A DNA stretch of 64,000 nt from a bacterium. GTDB taxonomy: Bacteria > Bacteroidota > Ignavibacteria > UBA10030. A model generated the notes under the pieces. That model was not told the origin of the DNA and did not search any database. It worked only from the letters and a program-made list of their open reading frames with translations. Position numbers and translations under genes: made by a program. The stretch spans positions 32,001-96,000 of the forward strand of contig JAZDJN010000061.1 in assembly GCA_043803945.1 (NCBI GenBank). The letters are read 5' to 3'. The stretch's first letter is position 1. Each line of letters starts with the position of its first letter. Below are positions 37,652 to 48,158 of this stretch, one piece after another.

Positions 37652-38875
37652 TCATCCTCCTTCGGTCTCCAAGAGAACTCTCCGCTCTTTCACAAAGAAA
37701 AGAAGCATAATCGCAACCATCGTCAACACTATCGAACTTTGTAAAGGTACTGCAGATCCAAAGTAATACCAGAGGAGGCCTGCAAGAAATGAGGAAGGTA
37801 ATGCACAGAAACCAACGATCATCTGAAATGCCCCCAACGTACTGGCACGATACCCTTTGGGTGCCAACTCAGCGACGACACTCTTCTGAACAGGTTCCAG
37901 CGCCCCTTTGTGCAATCCATACAAAAGAAAAGAGAAAACCATTCCCCACCAACTTTTGACGAAGAGAAAACTCAGGCATGTCCATCCCCAAAAAATAAAC
38001 GCCAGGATGAGCACAGATCTTCTGCCTATAAAATCGGAAAGTTTTCCAAATGGATAAGAAAATATTGCGGCAATGAGCGTAAAGATAAGATAGAAAGCGG
38101 GTAACCAGTGACTTTCGATCCCCTGCTCCAGTGCATAAAGGAGAAGGAATGAATAACTGAACGATCCCAGCGCAAAGATTGCACTGAGGACCAGAAATAT
38201 CCAGAGATTCCCATCAAATTGTTTTAAGGATAATCCCTTGTAGATATGAGTTGAGGCCTTTCGTTCTTTTATCGAGAGAAGAATAAGCGATGCACCGAGG
38301 ATGGAGGGTATGGCCGCGAGAAGGAAGATATTCTGGTAACCAATATTAAAAAGGAGCATGCAAGTCACAATCCCACACACGGCGCCATAATTGTCCATGG
38401 AACGAAGTAATCCAAAATTTCTCCCTCGTGTGGAGTCGGTCGAGAGATCAGCAATAATCGCATCACGCGGGGCACTTCGAATTTTTCCCATCCGATCAAG
38501 TATCCGGAAGGGAATAAGATGAATCCAGGTTGAAGAAAACGCATATCCGATTCTTGAGAGTGATCCGAACAAATATCCTGTCCAGATAAATACTTTCCTC
38601 TTTCCAAAGCGATCAGAGAAATAACCTGACGCAGCCTGAGAGAGTGATACGATTGCTTCGCCGAGGCCATCGAGTAATCCCAAAACTGCCATGTTCGCAC
38701 CCAGCACCGAGGTCACAAAAAGAGGCCAAACAGGATAGATCATATCTGAACCGAAATCGTTCAGGAAGGATGCAAGAGCAAAGGCGCGTAAGGCCTTGCG
38801 AGATTCCTGCTCGGGGATTTCTCCCTCCTGCTCAGCAGCAGCTGCTTGGTGATCGGGGTGCTCCGGAATATTCAA
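37652..38875 (-). CDS. MFS transporter
   Basis: About 12 TM segments; GYFSDRFGKRK, APRDAIIAD and GKLSDFIGRR. Confidence 0.9.
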   Translation of the reverse strand: MNIPEHPDHQAAAAEQEGEIPEQESRKALRAFALASFLNDFGSDMIYPVWPLFVTSVLGANMAVLGLLDGLGEAIVSLSQAASGYFSDRFGKRKVFIWTGYLFGSLSRIGYAFSSTWIHLIPFRILDRMGKIRSAPRDAIIADLSTDSTRGRNFGLLRSMDNYGAVCGIVTCMLLFNIGYQNIFLLAAIPSILGASLILLSIKERKASTHIYKGLSLKQFDGNLWIFLVLSAIFALGSFSYSFLLLYALEQGIESHWLPAFYLIFTLIAAIFSYPFGKLSDFIGRRSVLILAFIFWGWTCLSFLFVKSWWGMVFSFLLYGLHKGALEPVQKSVVAELAPKGYRASTLGAFQMIVGFCALPSSFLAGLLWYYFGSAVPLQSSIVLTMVAIMLLFFVKERRVLLETEGG

Positions 38876-38898
38876 AGGTCAATCTCCTTCAAGATAGT

Positions 38899-39948
38899 TC
38901 AGAGCCGCCCATATTCATGGATCGTTTCATATAGAGTAAGGATATTCGCCATTGGAGTGATCGGTTGGAGATTGTGGCATGGAGCACAGACCCAACGCGC
39001 ATCCAAAAAGATTCTGATGTTTTCCAACACTTCATTTTTTACCTCTTCAGTCGAACCAAAGGGTAAAGTGTATTGATTGTCCATGGCACCGTGGAAGATG
39101 ATCTTCTTGCCGAAATCCCGTACCAGGGCTTCTCGTTCCATTCCAGTGCATCGCCACTGAATTGGATTCAACAGCTCAATGCCGGTGACGTCAATGAGAT
39201 CGGGAATGATCTCACGAACTGCACCATCGGTATGATAGAAGACACGAATCCCATAACTTTTGGCCAGGTCAGCCATTTTTTTCTGATTGGGGAGGATATG
39301 CTCACGAATATTCTCCACACTCATCAATAAACTGCTCTGCCCGCCAAGATCCTCTGCTACATAGGTGACATCGATTCTTCCCCTGCCGATTTCAAATGTC
39401 CGTTGGTTGAGCTGGTAGTGAAAATCGAAGATATGATCCAGTGCCGCCTCGAGAATATCGGGTTGCTCAAGAAAATCCAGGAAGGCCTGTTCCATACCGC
39501 GCATGGCACAGTAAATAAGAAAGGGTTCAAATTCGCCCGTTCGAATGAACCGGTGAGAAGGAGCGTTCGCAATCAAATTCCGGTAAGCATCATAGTCGTG
39601 GTCATCGGCAGTTGGCCATTGATAATCATGAACTTCGTCAACAGTCTCTACCGTAGCCAGTGGATGCGTTGCAAACTCCGCATAGGTTCCGGTCCCATAC
39701 GCAATGTCTTCTTTTCGTAGTCCCCAGATATCAGACTTTGGATCGGATGGATGGTGCGGTTTTAAACAGGGAGGCTCAACGCGGATGACTCCATCAATAT
39801 TGAGCTTTGTGTAGAGTGCTTCAATTGTTGAGCATTCCATCTCCCGGAACAATCGCTCAGTCACTTCATCAGTTGCCCAATAATCAGTCGGGATCCGGTC
39901 TGGTTTTTCATTTGCAAACAGAGCACACCATCGTTCACGAGGAGTCAT
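38899..39948 (-). CDS. Uroporphyrinogen decarboxylase / methylcobamide methyltransferase superfamily protein
   Basis: MTPRER..PDRIP, MRGMEQ, EDLGGQ, YHTDG, LNPIQ and APCHNLQ..N. Confidence 0.85.
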   Translation of the reverse strand: MTPRERWCALFANEKPDRIPTDYWATDEVTERLFREMECSTIEALYTKLNIDGVIRVEPPCLKPHHPSDPKSDIWGLRKEDIAYGTGTYAEFATHPLATVETVDEVHDYQWPTADDHDYDAYRNLIANAPSHRFIRTGEFEPFLIYCAMRGMEQAFLDFLEQPDILEAALDHIFDFHYQLNQRTFEIGRGRIDVTYVAEDLGGQSSLLMSVENIREHILPNQKKMADLAKSYGIRVFYHTDGAVREIIPDLIDVTGIELLNPIQWRCTGMEREALVRDFGKKIIFHGAMDNQYTLPFGSTEEVKNEVLENIRIFLDARWVCAPCHNLQPITPMANILTLYETIHEYGRL

Positions 39949-40098
39949 AGTTTTTCTTTCTCAGTCTTGATACTATGCATTACGATTTCAGAAAATGCAG
40001 AGAGAATACGACGAGTGCAAGCAGAAATCTTCCTCTATTAAGGAAATCTTTTTAGAAAATATTCTAAATACCTTTTCCGAGATCAGAATGTTGCTCCA

Positions 40099-41193
40099 TC
40101 ATTCCTTTCGAAGTCCACCGTAATGGTAGTAAGCAGCACAGGCACCTTCCGAAGAGACCATCGGCGCACCCAGCGGGTGTTCAGGAGTGCATTTGGACCC
40201 AAACACCGAACATTGATGTGGTTTTTTCAGGCCCTGAAGAATTTCGCCTGCAATGCACAATGGCGACTCTTGCACATCAATCTCCCCAAGATCAAAGATT
40301 TTTTCTGCATCGAATGCTGCAAACTCGGACTTCAATCCATATCCGCTCGATGGTATTTCACCGATACCCCGCCACTTCCGGTCGATGATATCAAACACTA
40401 TCTCCAGGACCTTTTTTGCCCCGAGATTTCCTTCGCGCCGAACTGATCGGGCATATTGGTTTTCTACATCCATCCGACCCTCTTCAAGCTGCTTCAAAGC
40501 CATTGATAATCCCTGAAGAATATCGACCGGCTCAAACCCGGTCACAACAATGGGCACATGATATTGTGCGCTAATCGAAAAATACTCTTCATACCCCATT
40601 ACCGTACAGACATGGCCTGCTGCAAGAAAGGCCTGCACAAGAGCGTGCGGAGAGGAGAGTAACGCTCTCATAGCCGGGGGTACAAGCATATGGGAACATA
40701 GAATCGAGTAATTCTTCACCCCCAACCGTTTCGCTTCCAACACCGACATTGCATTCGCCGGAGCTGTTGTTTCAAATCCCACAGCAAAGAACACTACCTT
40801 CTTCAGGGGATTCTGCTGTGCGATGGCAAGAGCATCAAGAGGTGAGTACACCATTCTCACATCACCTCCTTGCGCTTTCACACTGAGCAGATCTTTTGAT
40901 GAGCCCGGAACACGGAGCATATCACCGAACGAGGTCAGAATGACATCAGGACGCGTGGCAACAGCGATGGCCTTGTCGATAATTTCAAGAGGTGTGACAC
41001 AAACCGGACAACCTGGTCCATGAACAAGCGTTACAGACTTTGGAAGGAGTTCTTCGATCCCATATTTAGCGATGGCATGAGTTTGCCCTCCACAAATTTC
41101 CATCACCGTCCAGGGACGGGTCACTGTTCTGTGAATAAGCTCTGAATACCTTTGTGCTGCAGCCTGGTTTCGAAACTCATCAACATAGCGCAT
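40099..41193 (-). CDS. hypD: Hydrogenase maturation protein HypD
   Basis: [27 protein letters not shown] and [13 protein letters not shown]. Confidence 0.97.
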   Translation of the reverse strand: MRYVDEFRNQAAAQRYSELIHRTVTRPWTVMEICGGQTHAIAKYGIEELLPKSVTLVHGPGCPVCVTPLEIIDKAIAVATRPDVILTSFGDMLRVPGSSKDLLSVKAQGGDVRMVYSPLDALAIAQQNPLKKVVFFAVGFETTAPANAMSVLEAKRLGVKNYSILCSHMLVPPAMRALLSSPHALVQAFLAAGHVCTVMGYEEYFSISAQYHVPIVVTGFEPVDILQGLSMALKQLEEGRMDVENQYARSVRREGNLGAKKVLEIVFDIIDRKWRGIGEIPSSGYGLKSEFAAFDAEKIFDLGEIDVQESPLCIAGEILQGLKKPHQCSVFGSKCTPEHPLGAPMVSSEGACAAYYHYGGLRKE

Positions 41194-41388
41194 AAGCGTT
41201 TCTTCCTTTACCCAATGCTAAAGTGCAAAGAGATAGGTGAATTTATGCATCAACGATCGATGGACATTCTGCTTTTTCGCATTAAATGCTTCTGTTCAAG
41301 GTTGATAGAGAATAATCATCCATCTTCTCATGTGCAAACAAAGAGTGGTAATTCGATGTATGAATGTCGTTCGTAGAGAGAGGGGTGA

Positions 41389-42549
41389 TTAGAAATAGAG
41401 ATCCGCTTTGAGATAGAGCGATCTGGGGTAATACCAGTACTCCGAGAAATTTTCGCCGAAAAATAACTGGCCCCCCAGGGCAAGGGAGAGCTCATCAGAG
41501 GCAGAGGCGGAAATTGAACCGGCAATGAATTGGCTCCGATCCGAAAGGTTTCTCGTGTAGTTTAATGAAAGCGTGACAAGCGGATGAACGAGATAGGTAC
41601 CGAGAGCTGAAATGTATTGACGGCCAACATTCAGTATTTCACCATTCGCCAAATGGGGAAGATCGTATTGGCTTTTTTCAAACTGGCCCTCACCGTTGAA
41701 ATGATACTCAAGCAATCCATAAAGTCTTGAGGAAAATTGGTAATCGGCGCCGAGAATATAGTTGGTACTCTTGAAATCGTAATTGCCCGGAGCCAGAGTT
41801 ACGAGGGCTTCACCCCGTACACCGGCATCAAATAAATTTCCAGCGAAGTCTCCCCCAAACATGACAAAATTATCGAAATATCCGCCGACGAGTGAGAAGT
41901 CAAATTCTTGATAATTTGCCCGGAACCGATAACCAACATTGGCCGTTGACCAGCCTCGTTGAGGATTGACAACCAGCGAAAGATCGGTGAAATTACCAAG
42001 CCTGAATTTGAACAGCGCTGCATCCACCCCATCTTTTTCGATCTTAGCGACACTTGTTGGATTGATAGGATTAAAGAGGTCAGTTGGATTCCAGATTCTC
42101 CCTGTCCCCCACGCAATGCGCTGTCTTCCGATTGTCAGATCACCAAATTCGAAGCTTTGCTTGAAATGAAAGCGGTCAAGGTAGTGGAGGGCACTCACCT
42201 TCTGCTCCTGAAGGAGATACCACCCTGCATCAACGATTTGCCGTTGGTTTGACTTGCTCTGCACCTGAAAAACGATGGGCGAGGAGTGGTAGAAGAGAGA
42301 GAGCTCATATTCAACGGTGAGTTGTGCATCTGGCCAGAGCGATAGTGCAGGCCGAAGCCTGAGGCGATTGACATTCATGAATTGATCTTGTTCGACACCA
42401 AAGAGGTCGGCCGCCAATCGAGTGGTTCTCTGGACAATTGGGATTTCGACCACATACCCGGAGAACGAGAGTCCATATTGAGCCTGAGCGACGGCGTTAG
42501 GTAACAATAGTACCAGAAATAAAGCAAGAATGTTCCAATAGATTTTCAT
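41389..42549 (-). CDS. Putative outer-membrane beta-barrel protein
   Basis: Signal peptide; GRQRIAWGTG..WNPTDLFNP..GVDA; terminal aromatic strand YLKADLYF. Confidence 0.7.
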   Translation of the reverse strand: MKIYWNILALFLVLLLPNAVAQAQYGLSFSGYVVEIPIVQRTTRLAADLFGVEQDQFMNVNRLRLRPALSLWPDAQLTVEYELSLFYHSSPIVFQVQSKSNQRQIVDAGWYLLQEQKVSALHYLDRFHFKQSFEFGDLTIGRQRIAWGTGRIWNPTDLFNPINPTSVAKIEKDGVDAALFKFRLGNFTDLSLVVNPQRGWSTANVGYRFRANYQEFDFSLVGGYFDNFVMFGGDFAGNLFDAGVRGEALVTLAPGNYDFKSTNYILGADYQFSSRLYGLLEYHFNGEGQFEKSQYDLPHLANGEILNVGRQYISALGTYLVHPLVTLSLNYTRNLSDRSQFIAGSISASASDELSLALGGQLFFGENFSEYWYYPRSLYLKADLYF

Positions 42550-43241
42550 GCCTGATGCTGAATAATTCGATCACTCTCAATCCGTCCGTCACGCAGGATC
42601 ACAACCCGGTGTCCGCGCTGAATAACCTGCGGATCATGAGAGGAAAAGACAAAGGTGATCTGCCTCTCGTGATTCAATCGTTCCATCAGTTCGAGGAGGG
42701 CGATACCCATTGCAGAATCAAGATTTGCCGTCGGTTCATCGGCCAGCACCACCGAGGGATTCGTAACAATCGCTCGGGCGATAGCGACACGCTGCTGCTG
42801 GCCCCCGCTCATTTTATTTGGGCGTTTATTCGCCAGATCTACAATGCCAAGCTCTTCCATTACTGCCATCGCCCGTTCATATCGTTGACGCTCGGGAACG
42901 CGCAGGAGCACCATCGTAAATTCCACATTCTCCAGCGCAGTCAACACGGGAATTAAATTGTAGGCCTGAAAGATAAATCCGATCTTATTCAGACGAAGGT
43001 TAGCAAGTTGAGCCCTCGTCTTTAGTGCGATATCTTCCCGTTCAAAATAGACCTTTCCCTCGGTCGGGACATCCAGAGTACCGATCATATTCAACAGCGT
43101 CGTCTTCCCCGAACCTGAAGGACCGGCAATTACCGTGAAGTCGCCTTTTCCGATATCGATCGAAACCGAAGAGAGTGCATGCACAGGCACTCCGGTGTCG
43201 CTATAGATTTTCTCTACCTGATCTGTCCGAATAATTTCCAT
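42546..43241 (-). CDS. ABC transporter ATP-binding protein (LolD/MacB type)
   Basis: GPSGSGKT, MSGGQQQRVAIARA and LADEPTANLD. Confidence 0.95.
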   Translation of the reverse strand: MEIIRTDQVEKIYSDTGVPVHALSSVSIDIGKGDFTVIAGPSGSGKTTLLNMIGTLDVPTEGKVYFEREDIALKTRAQLANLRLNKIGFIFQAYNLIPVLTALENVEFTMVLLRVPERQRYERAMAVMEELGIVDLANKRPNKMSGGQQQRVAIARAIVTNPSVVLADEPTANLDSAMGIALLELMERLNHERQITFVFSSHDPQVIQRGHRVVILRDGRIESDRIIQHQA

Positions 43242-43267
43242 ACTCTCACCTTCACGCAGTACATTTT

Positions 43268-44485
43268 CTACACATAGCGGATTGCAGTCATGGGTTCCAT
43301 CCTCATCGCTTTGTAAGCCGGGTAGACTGCAGCCAGTATACTCACGATGATGATCACGAGAACACCGACAAGAACACTGAGATAATTAATCAGAGGGTAG
43401 ATGATCGCTCCGGCCCCATAGGAAGCGAGTCCTTCAGAAAACGCCGAAAAATTAATCCCATACTTCGCTAATACGGAACTGATCCCAATCCCGAGAAGTG
43501 CACCGATCCCAGCCCCGATGGAACCAAGGAGAAATGCTTCAAGCACAATCATCCTGAACAGGATTATATTTTTCATTCCAATGGCCTTTAGCACACCGAA
43601 TTCATGAATGCGCTCAAAGACGGACATGAGAAGTGTGTTGATAATTCCAAACATCATCGCAATGCCGATGAGCAGATAAAAGATGCTCATCATTTTATCC
43701 ATCAACTCCACCTGAGAAATGAGGCTCGGAATAAGGTCACGGTACGAAAGAACCTCAAATCCATCACCCAATGTTGATTTGAGATCAGCCTTGACCACTT
43801 CACTCAGGTTCACATCACGGCAAACGATGACAACTTCGGCAATCTGATGTTGAACTCTCAGCATCGATTGAAGTGTCGCCAGCGGGACAAAGATGTTCAT
43901 GTTATCGAACGAGAGGCTGGCTGATTGATAAAGTCCGACGACCCGAAACATTTCCGAACCAACCCTTCCATCCTGCGTCGACGCCATCGTTACCAGGCGA
44001 TCACCAAGCCCAACATTGAGGGTTTGCGCCAGGCGCTTACCGATCACAATTTCATGCCCCCCTTCGCCCAGATACCGTCCCTCGACGACGCTCACTTTGA
44101 TTGTTGTAATGTTCGCTTCCTCGGTCGGGTTAATGCCGATGATGGAAGCACCAGAGGAATTGCTTGCACTGCTTACCAATCCAAATGCGATGACTCGCCT
44201 GCTCATGAATCGCACCAATGGAGAAGCTTGCACCACTGTCATCACTGTATCAGGAGATTGCATAAAGTTCTGTACTACTTTATTTTCATTAAAACCGGCT
44301 GCATGAATCTGAATGTGCCCAAGCGAGCTGCCGAGCTGATTGTCGAACAATTGCCTCATAAATCCCCGTGCATAGCTTTCGATAAAGACAATCGCCGTGA
44401 CACCCACAACGATGGAGGTCAACACGATGAGGGAACGCCGTCTGTTCCGCCAGAGATTCCGCCATGAAATTTTGAGCAGCATCAT
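43268..44485 (-). CDS. ABC transporter permease (LolE/FtsX type)
   Basis: WRNLWRNRRRS; large periplasmic loop; MSVFERIHEFGVLKAIG; YPA. Confidence 0.9.
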   Translation of the reverse strand: MMLLKISWRNLWRNRRRSLIVLTSIVVGVTAIVFIESYARGFMRQLFDNQLGSSLGHIQIHAAGFNENKVVQNFMQSPDTVMTVVQASPLVRFMSRRVIAFGLVSSASNSSGASIIGINPTEEANITTIKVSVVEGRYLGEGGHEIVIGKRLAQTLNVGLGDRLVTMASTQDGRVGSEMFRVVGLYQSASLSFDNMNIFVPLATLQSMLRVQHQIAEVVIVCRDVNLSEVVKADLKSTLGDGFEVLSYRDLIPSLISQVELMDKMMSIFYLLIGIAMMFGIINTLLMSVFERIHEFGVLKAIGMKNIILFRMIVLEAFLLGSIGAGIGALLGIGISSVLAKYGINFSAFSEGLASYGAGAIIYPLINYLSVLVGVLVIIIVSILAAVYPAYKAMRMEPMTAIRYV

Positions 44486-45720
44486 GTCTGTCTGATTCCT
44501 TTCAGCGGCTCGAGTTTATACACTTTATAGGCTGGATAAATCGAAGAGAAAATCGAGAGCCCAAGAATTATGATCATCACTCTGACGGTGTAGCTCAACC
44601 TGCTCGTCGAAACAAGTTGCGGGATAAATCCATAATCCTCATACATTTGTCCAAATTCGCCTGTCATAATGATTGGATGCGTTTCAAGATAGAAATTCAC
44701 ACCATATCCGAAGATGCTGCCTGCGAGAATACCGATGAGGGCAATGAACGTGAGTTCCATCAGTACTAGTTTCACCAGATCTTTCGATTGCATACCCATT
44801 GCCAGGGTTATTCCGAATTCGCGAAATCGCTCGGTTACCGACATGAGGACTGTGTTCAGGATACCAAACGTAATCACAATCAGAAGCACTCCCAGGAAGA
44901 AGTAATCACCTATCAAATCAAATTCGCGCGCCTGTTGAAGCTCGGGGATCACCTCACCCCAATTCAGTACGGAGAGGTTGGTGAGGCCTGCATCGGTTAT
45001 ATTTTTACTCATAATGGCCTGGGCTTCATCGATTTGATGGAAATCGCTCAGCATGACGGCGACAATATTCACCCGCCCCTCCATCGCCAGGAGTTCCTGA
45101 GCTCCTCGTAGGTTCATCAACACCACCACTCTATCGAAATCCTGAGTACCAAAAGATACTGTTCCTGTAATCTTATAGAGTTGATTCCCCAGCACTCCAT
45201 CAAATCCCTGTGCAAGAATCACAATCGTGTCGCCAACGTTCGCTTTCAGGTTGTTCAGAAGTTTATAGCCCAGTACAATTTCATTCAGAGAATCTGTATG
45301 GAACATCCTTCCGGCTTTGATCCGCTCGTGGAACCGGGAGATTTTCTGTTCCCGCTGGATGTCGATTCCGAAAATTGCAGCACCAGCAGAATTTTCTTTG
45401 AAGCTTAGTAATCCATCGGAAATGATTCGCGGCGCATACCCGGAGATGGAGGGATCCTCCTGCAAAATCGATTCGACTGATCCGGGGTAGGTAAAACTTT
45501 TGTGCAAGGAGGGACTATCCTTGAAGCCCGTTCGTTGGATTTGGATGTACCCGGAAAACAATTCAAGAGTATTTTTAATATTATATTCCCACGTTCCGTT
45601 GGCGATCCCCCGTGAGATCACCGTCAGAAATGTGGCAAAGGAAATGGCGAGAATCGTGAGAATTGTCCGGCGTTTATTCCGCCAGATATTCCGCCAGCCA
45701 AGTTTCACAATGAGGTTCAT
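44482..45720 (-). CDS. ABC transporter permease (LolC/FtsX type)
   Basis: WRNIWRNKRRT; MSVTERFREFG; YPA..LEP. Confidence 0.9.
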   Translation of the reverse strand: MNLIVKLGWRNIWRNKRRTILTILAISFATFLTVISRGIANGTWEYNIKNTLELFSGYIQIQRTGFKDSPSLHKSFTYPGSVESILQEDPSISGYAPRIISDGLLSFKENSAGAAIFGIDIQREQKISRFHERIKAGRMFHTDSLNEIVLGYKLLNNLKANVGDTIVILAQGFDGVLGNQLYKITGTVSFGTQDFDRVVVLMNLRGAQELLAMEGRVNIVAVMLSDFHQIDEAQAIMSKNITDAGLTNLSVLNWGEVIPELQQAREFDLIGDYFFLGVLLIVITFGILNTVLMSVTERFREFGITLAMGMQSKDLVKLVLMELTFIALIGILAGSIFGYGVNFYLETHPIIMTGEFGQMYEDYGFIPQLVSTSRLSYTVRVMIIILGLSIFSSIYPAYKVYKLEPLKGIRQT

Positions 45721-46490
45721 TGGCTCCGCCCCTTTTCAAGCTCCTGGAAAGAAAAAATACGATCCGGGATAGGGACATCAAATTGTACATCGGTATATTC
45801 AAAGAGCGTGATATTTCCCTTTTTCACATTATTAATCATCTCCCATTTCGATGGAATTTTCCTCTTCCCAAATTGTTTGATGTTTGAATAGTTCAGCGTG
45901 CGCATCAAGGATCCTTTCTCATCGTAATATTCCGTTTGAGAAGGAAGATAATCTGACCTGCGAATCCAGTGAAAAATCTTTCCCCACACCACCGGTGCCG
46001 TTGGTTTTGGGAGAAGCTGGATTTTCCAATTGGATTCATTCTGTACTTTTTCCTCAGCCACAATCGTCATCACATAGTCGTCCACCAAACTTGATTCCCG
46101 CACAAGATCATCGTTGGAAAAATCCGAGCCGTTCCATGACTGCAGCATCATCGAAGGCGGCACCTTAATGGTGGTCTCCGTGTTACGAAGATACATCCAG
46201 AGCTCATTCTTCACTTTCAGGGTTTTGTTCCCAGCTTCCCGCCGCGGAGCAATGATCACAATAAGGGCTTTCTCATTGCCAACCCACCATGATTCCATCT
46301 CCATGGTCCGTGTATAATCAGGATTGGTGATTGTCATTTTGAACTTCCCTTTTGAGGAGACGCCTTTTAAGAGATCCTCAGACTTCCGCACAATTTCCTG
46401 TGCCGTCTGGCAATAAAGCACTGAGGCAAGCAGCAACAATGCAGCAACAGTATGTATTCGCACCTTCATCGTCAACATTCCTTCGTTCAC
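45717..46490 (-). CDS. LolA-like outer-membrane lipoprotein-sorting protein
   Basis: Signal peptide; LWMYL..SMMLQSWNGSDFSNDDL; EYYDEKG; IFS..L. Confidence 0.85.
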   Translation of the reverse strand: MNEGMLTMKVRIHTVAALLLLASVLYCQTAQEIVRKSEDLLKGVSSKGKFKMTITNPDYTRTMEMESWWVGNEKALIVIIAPRREAGNKTLKVKNELWMYLRNTETTIKVPPSMMLQSWNGSDFSNDDLVRESSLVDDYVMTIVAEEKVQNESNWKIQLLPKPTAPVVWGKIFHWIRRSDYLPSQTEYYDEKGSLMRTLNYSNIKQFGKRKIPSKWEMINNVKKGNITLFEYTDVQFDVPIPDRIFSFQELEKGRSQ

Positions 46491-46509
46491 CGGGATTTAC
46501 CTTTTCAGA

Positions 46510-46989
46510 TCATTTCAATGTTTTTTGATATTCTTCCCATCGCTCGAAGAGAGAGGGAAATTCACGTTCAATGAATGAATAGAATTCATGCATTTCTTTC
46601 AATCTGGTATAGGCAACTGTATTTTTTTGCTGAACCAGAGATAATCCATGTTCTATCACGGTGTGAAATTCAATGATGGTCGCCATCTTTGCTTTGATGA
46701 CGTTGGTCATTGTGCCGGGGCGAATTCTGAAGTAATCCTTCCGCTCGCCCGAAATTCCAACGCGATCCACCAAACCCATTTGGATCAACATGCGTGTCAT
46801 GGTACTTATTGAGCCGCGACTGGCATGCAAGCCTTCCATCAGTTCATCGGTCGATACCTCTGTTTTTGCGGAGAGTATCAGATAGCTGAAAATTTTCCCG
46901 GCAATCCTGGGAATACCTGTGCGTTCCAACACAATTCCCATCTCCCCATAATAATCCTGCCGCTGTTTCTCTTCCAAGAGTCTCTTCAT
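46510..46989 (-). CDS. GbsR/MarR-family transcriptional regulator
   Basis: GIPRIAGKIFSYL, SRGSIST..L..MGLV and GERKDYFRI. Confidence 0.9.
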   Translation of the reverse strand: MKRLLEEKQRQDYYGEMGIVLERTGIPRIAGKIFSYLILSAKTEVSTDELMEGLHASRGSISTMTRMLIQMGLVDRVGISGERKDYFRIRPGTMTNVIKAKMATIIEFHTVIEHGLSLVQQKNTVAYTRLKEMHEFYSFIEREFPSLFERWEEYQKTLK

Positions 46990-47041
46990 CGCTTGCTCCT
47001 TTCATCTCTTGATACTGCGGTAAATATACAATGTTTCAAAC

Positions 47042-47059
47042 TTTCAATCTATACTGAAA
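47042..47059. promoter_or_regulatory. Probable operator of the GbsR/MarR regulator
   Basis: TTTCA-ATCTATAC-TGAAA inverted repeat about 50 bp upstream of the start, with an extra TTTCA half-site. Confidence 0.55.
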
Positions 47060-47144
47060 TAATTAAAATAAATTAAAGCTTCGATGAAATGAGGAATATT
47101 CCCTCACAAACCGGGATCGATAAGAAATTACTCAAAGGAAAGGA

Positions 47145-47663
47145 TTAGGTTAATTGATTATCGCCAACGAGCTGACGAAATAGATCGCTGAATGTTTCCT
47201 CGGCAATTGAGGAATCAACACCCAGCCAGTAGAGACGGTCCCGATAGGAGAAAAAGAAGTGGAGCTGGCCCATACCGCGGCATTTCCAAATTGTCACACC
47301 CTGAATGCTCTCCTGCCGGAGATGGCCAAATGGAGTTTTCCCCTCACTGATCAGAGTACTCATTCTCTTCCCTTCTGAATAGGCAAGCTTTGCGTCGGTA
47401 TAGAGGGAGACATAGAGTGCTGCGGTGCCCTCGGCATTTGTATATTCTCCAATGAAGCTGGACTCTGGTGTGACATTTTTATGGTGGAGGCGATTGATGA
47501 ACCGTTGGGCGTTTTCGCCGGATAAGCTGACAACACGCCGCATTCCGGCAAGCTGTTTCGGAAGGACCTCTTCGGTGGTAGGATTGCAGGAGAGAAAGAC
47601 GAGGCTCAACAGCAAGTAACTCAAAACTCTCACAGTGCGGGATGAAGAAACCGGAACAGTCAC
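47145..47663 (-). CDS. Hypothetical lipoprotein
   Basis: Lipobox VFLSC; INRLHHK and GMGQLHFFF; overlaps the hypC stop. Confidence 0.6.
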   Translation of the reverse strand: MTVPVSSSRTVRVLSYLLLSLVFLSCNPTTEEVLPKQLAGMRRVVSLSGENAQRFINRLHHKNVTPESSFIGEYTNAEGTAALYVSLYTDAKLAYSEGKRMSTLISEGKTPFGHLRQESIQGVTIWKCRGMGQLHFFFSYRDRLYWLGVDSSIAEETFSDLFRQLVGDNQLT

Positions 47664-47926
47664 GACGGCTGACCACTTTCACAATCATTCAACTCATCCA
47701 GACTCTCGCCCATCTGTTCGAAAAGCTTGAGCGTTTCCATTGCCTCTTTCTCATCCATTTTGCTTATAGCAAAACCGACGTGCACGATGACGTACTCCCC
47801 CACCTGCACCTCGGGAACCCACTCCAGGCACACTTTCTTCTGCACCCCGCCAAAGCTGACTTTTCCCATCACTGGGGTTTCGTCACGATTGATCTCCAAC
47901 ACTTTTCCCGGAATAGCCAAACACAC
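47660..47926 (-). CDS. hypC: Hydrogenase chaperone HypC
   Basis: GTG start after GAGGAG gives MCLAIPG; YVIVHVGFAI. Confidence 0.95.
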   Translation of the reverse strand: MCLAIPGKVLEINRDETPVMGKVSFGGVQKKVCLEWVPEVQVGEYVIVHVGFAISKMDEKEAMETLKLFEQMGESLDELNDCESGQPS

Positions 47927-47994
47927 TGTACTTTCTCCTCTATCCACGCTTCTCAAATTATAACTGCGCTAAATAGGCAACAAATCCTTTTTTA

Positions 47995-48122
47995 CCACCG
48001 ATGGCACACTGATAATCACTGAGAATAGTAAGTAGTTTGAGATCTTGTTCGAAGAAATAACCCATAAAATCATTATCTGTGTTCACCCCGTTGAACGGGG
48101 TATATCGGTGTGTCATCCGTGG
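47995..48122. repeat. REP-like inverted-repeat element carrying a 19-nt palindromic insertion in its right arm
   Basis: Left arm CCACCGATGGCACACTGATAATCACTGAGAA; right arm TTATCTGTGTT[CACCCCGTTGAACGGGGTA]TATCGGTGTGTCATCCGTGG. Confidence 0.6.
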
Positions 48123-48158
48123 AGAATTTACAGAGTAATTACCTCTTTTCAAACTATC

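Noticed and set aside
38899-39948. hemE (true uroporphyrinogen decarboxylase)
   Set aside because: Lacks the MRQAGR signature; superfamily-level call only.
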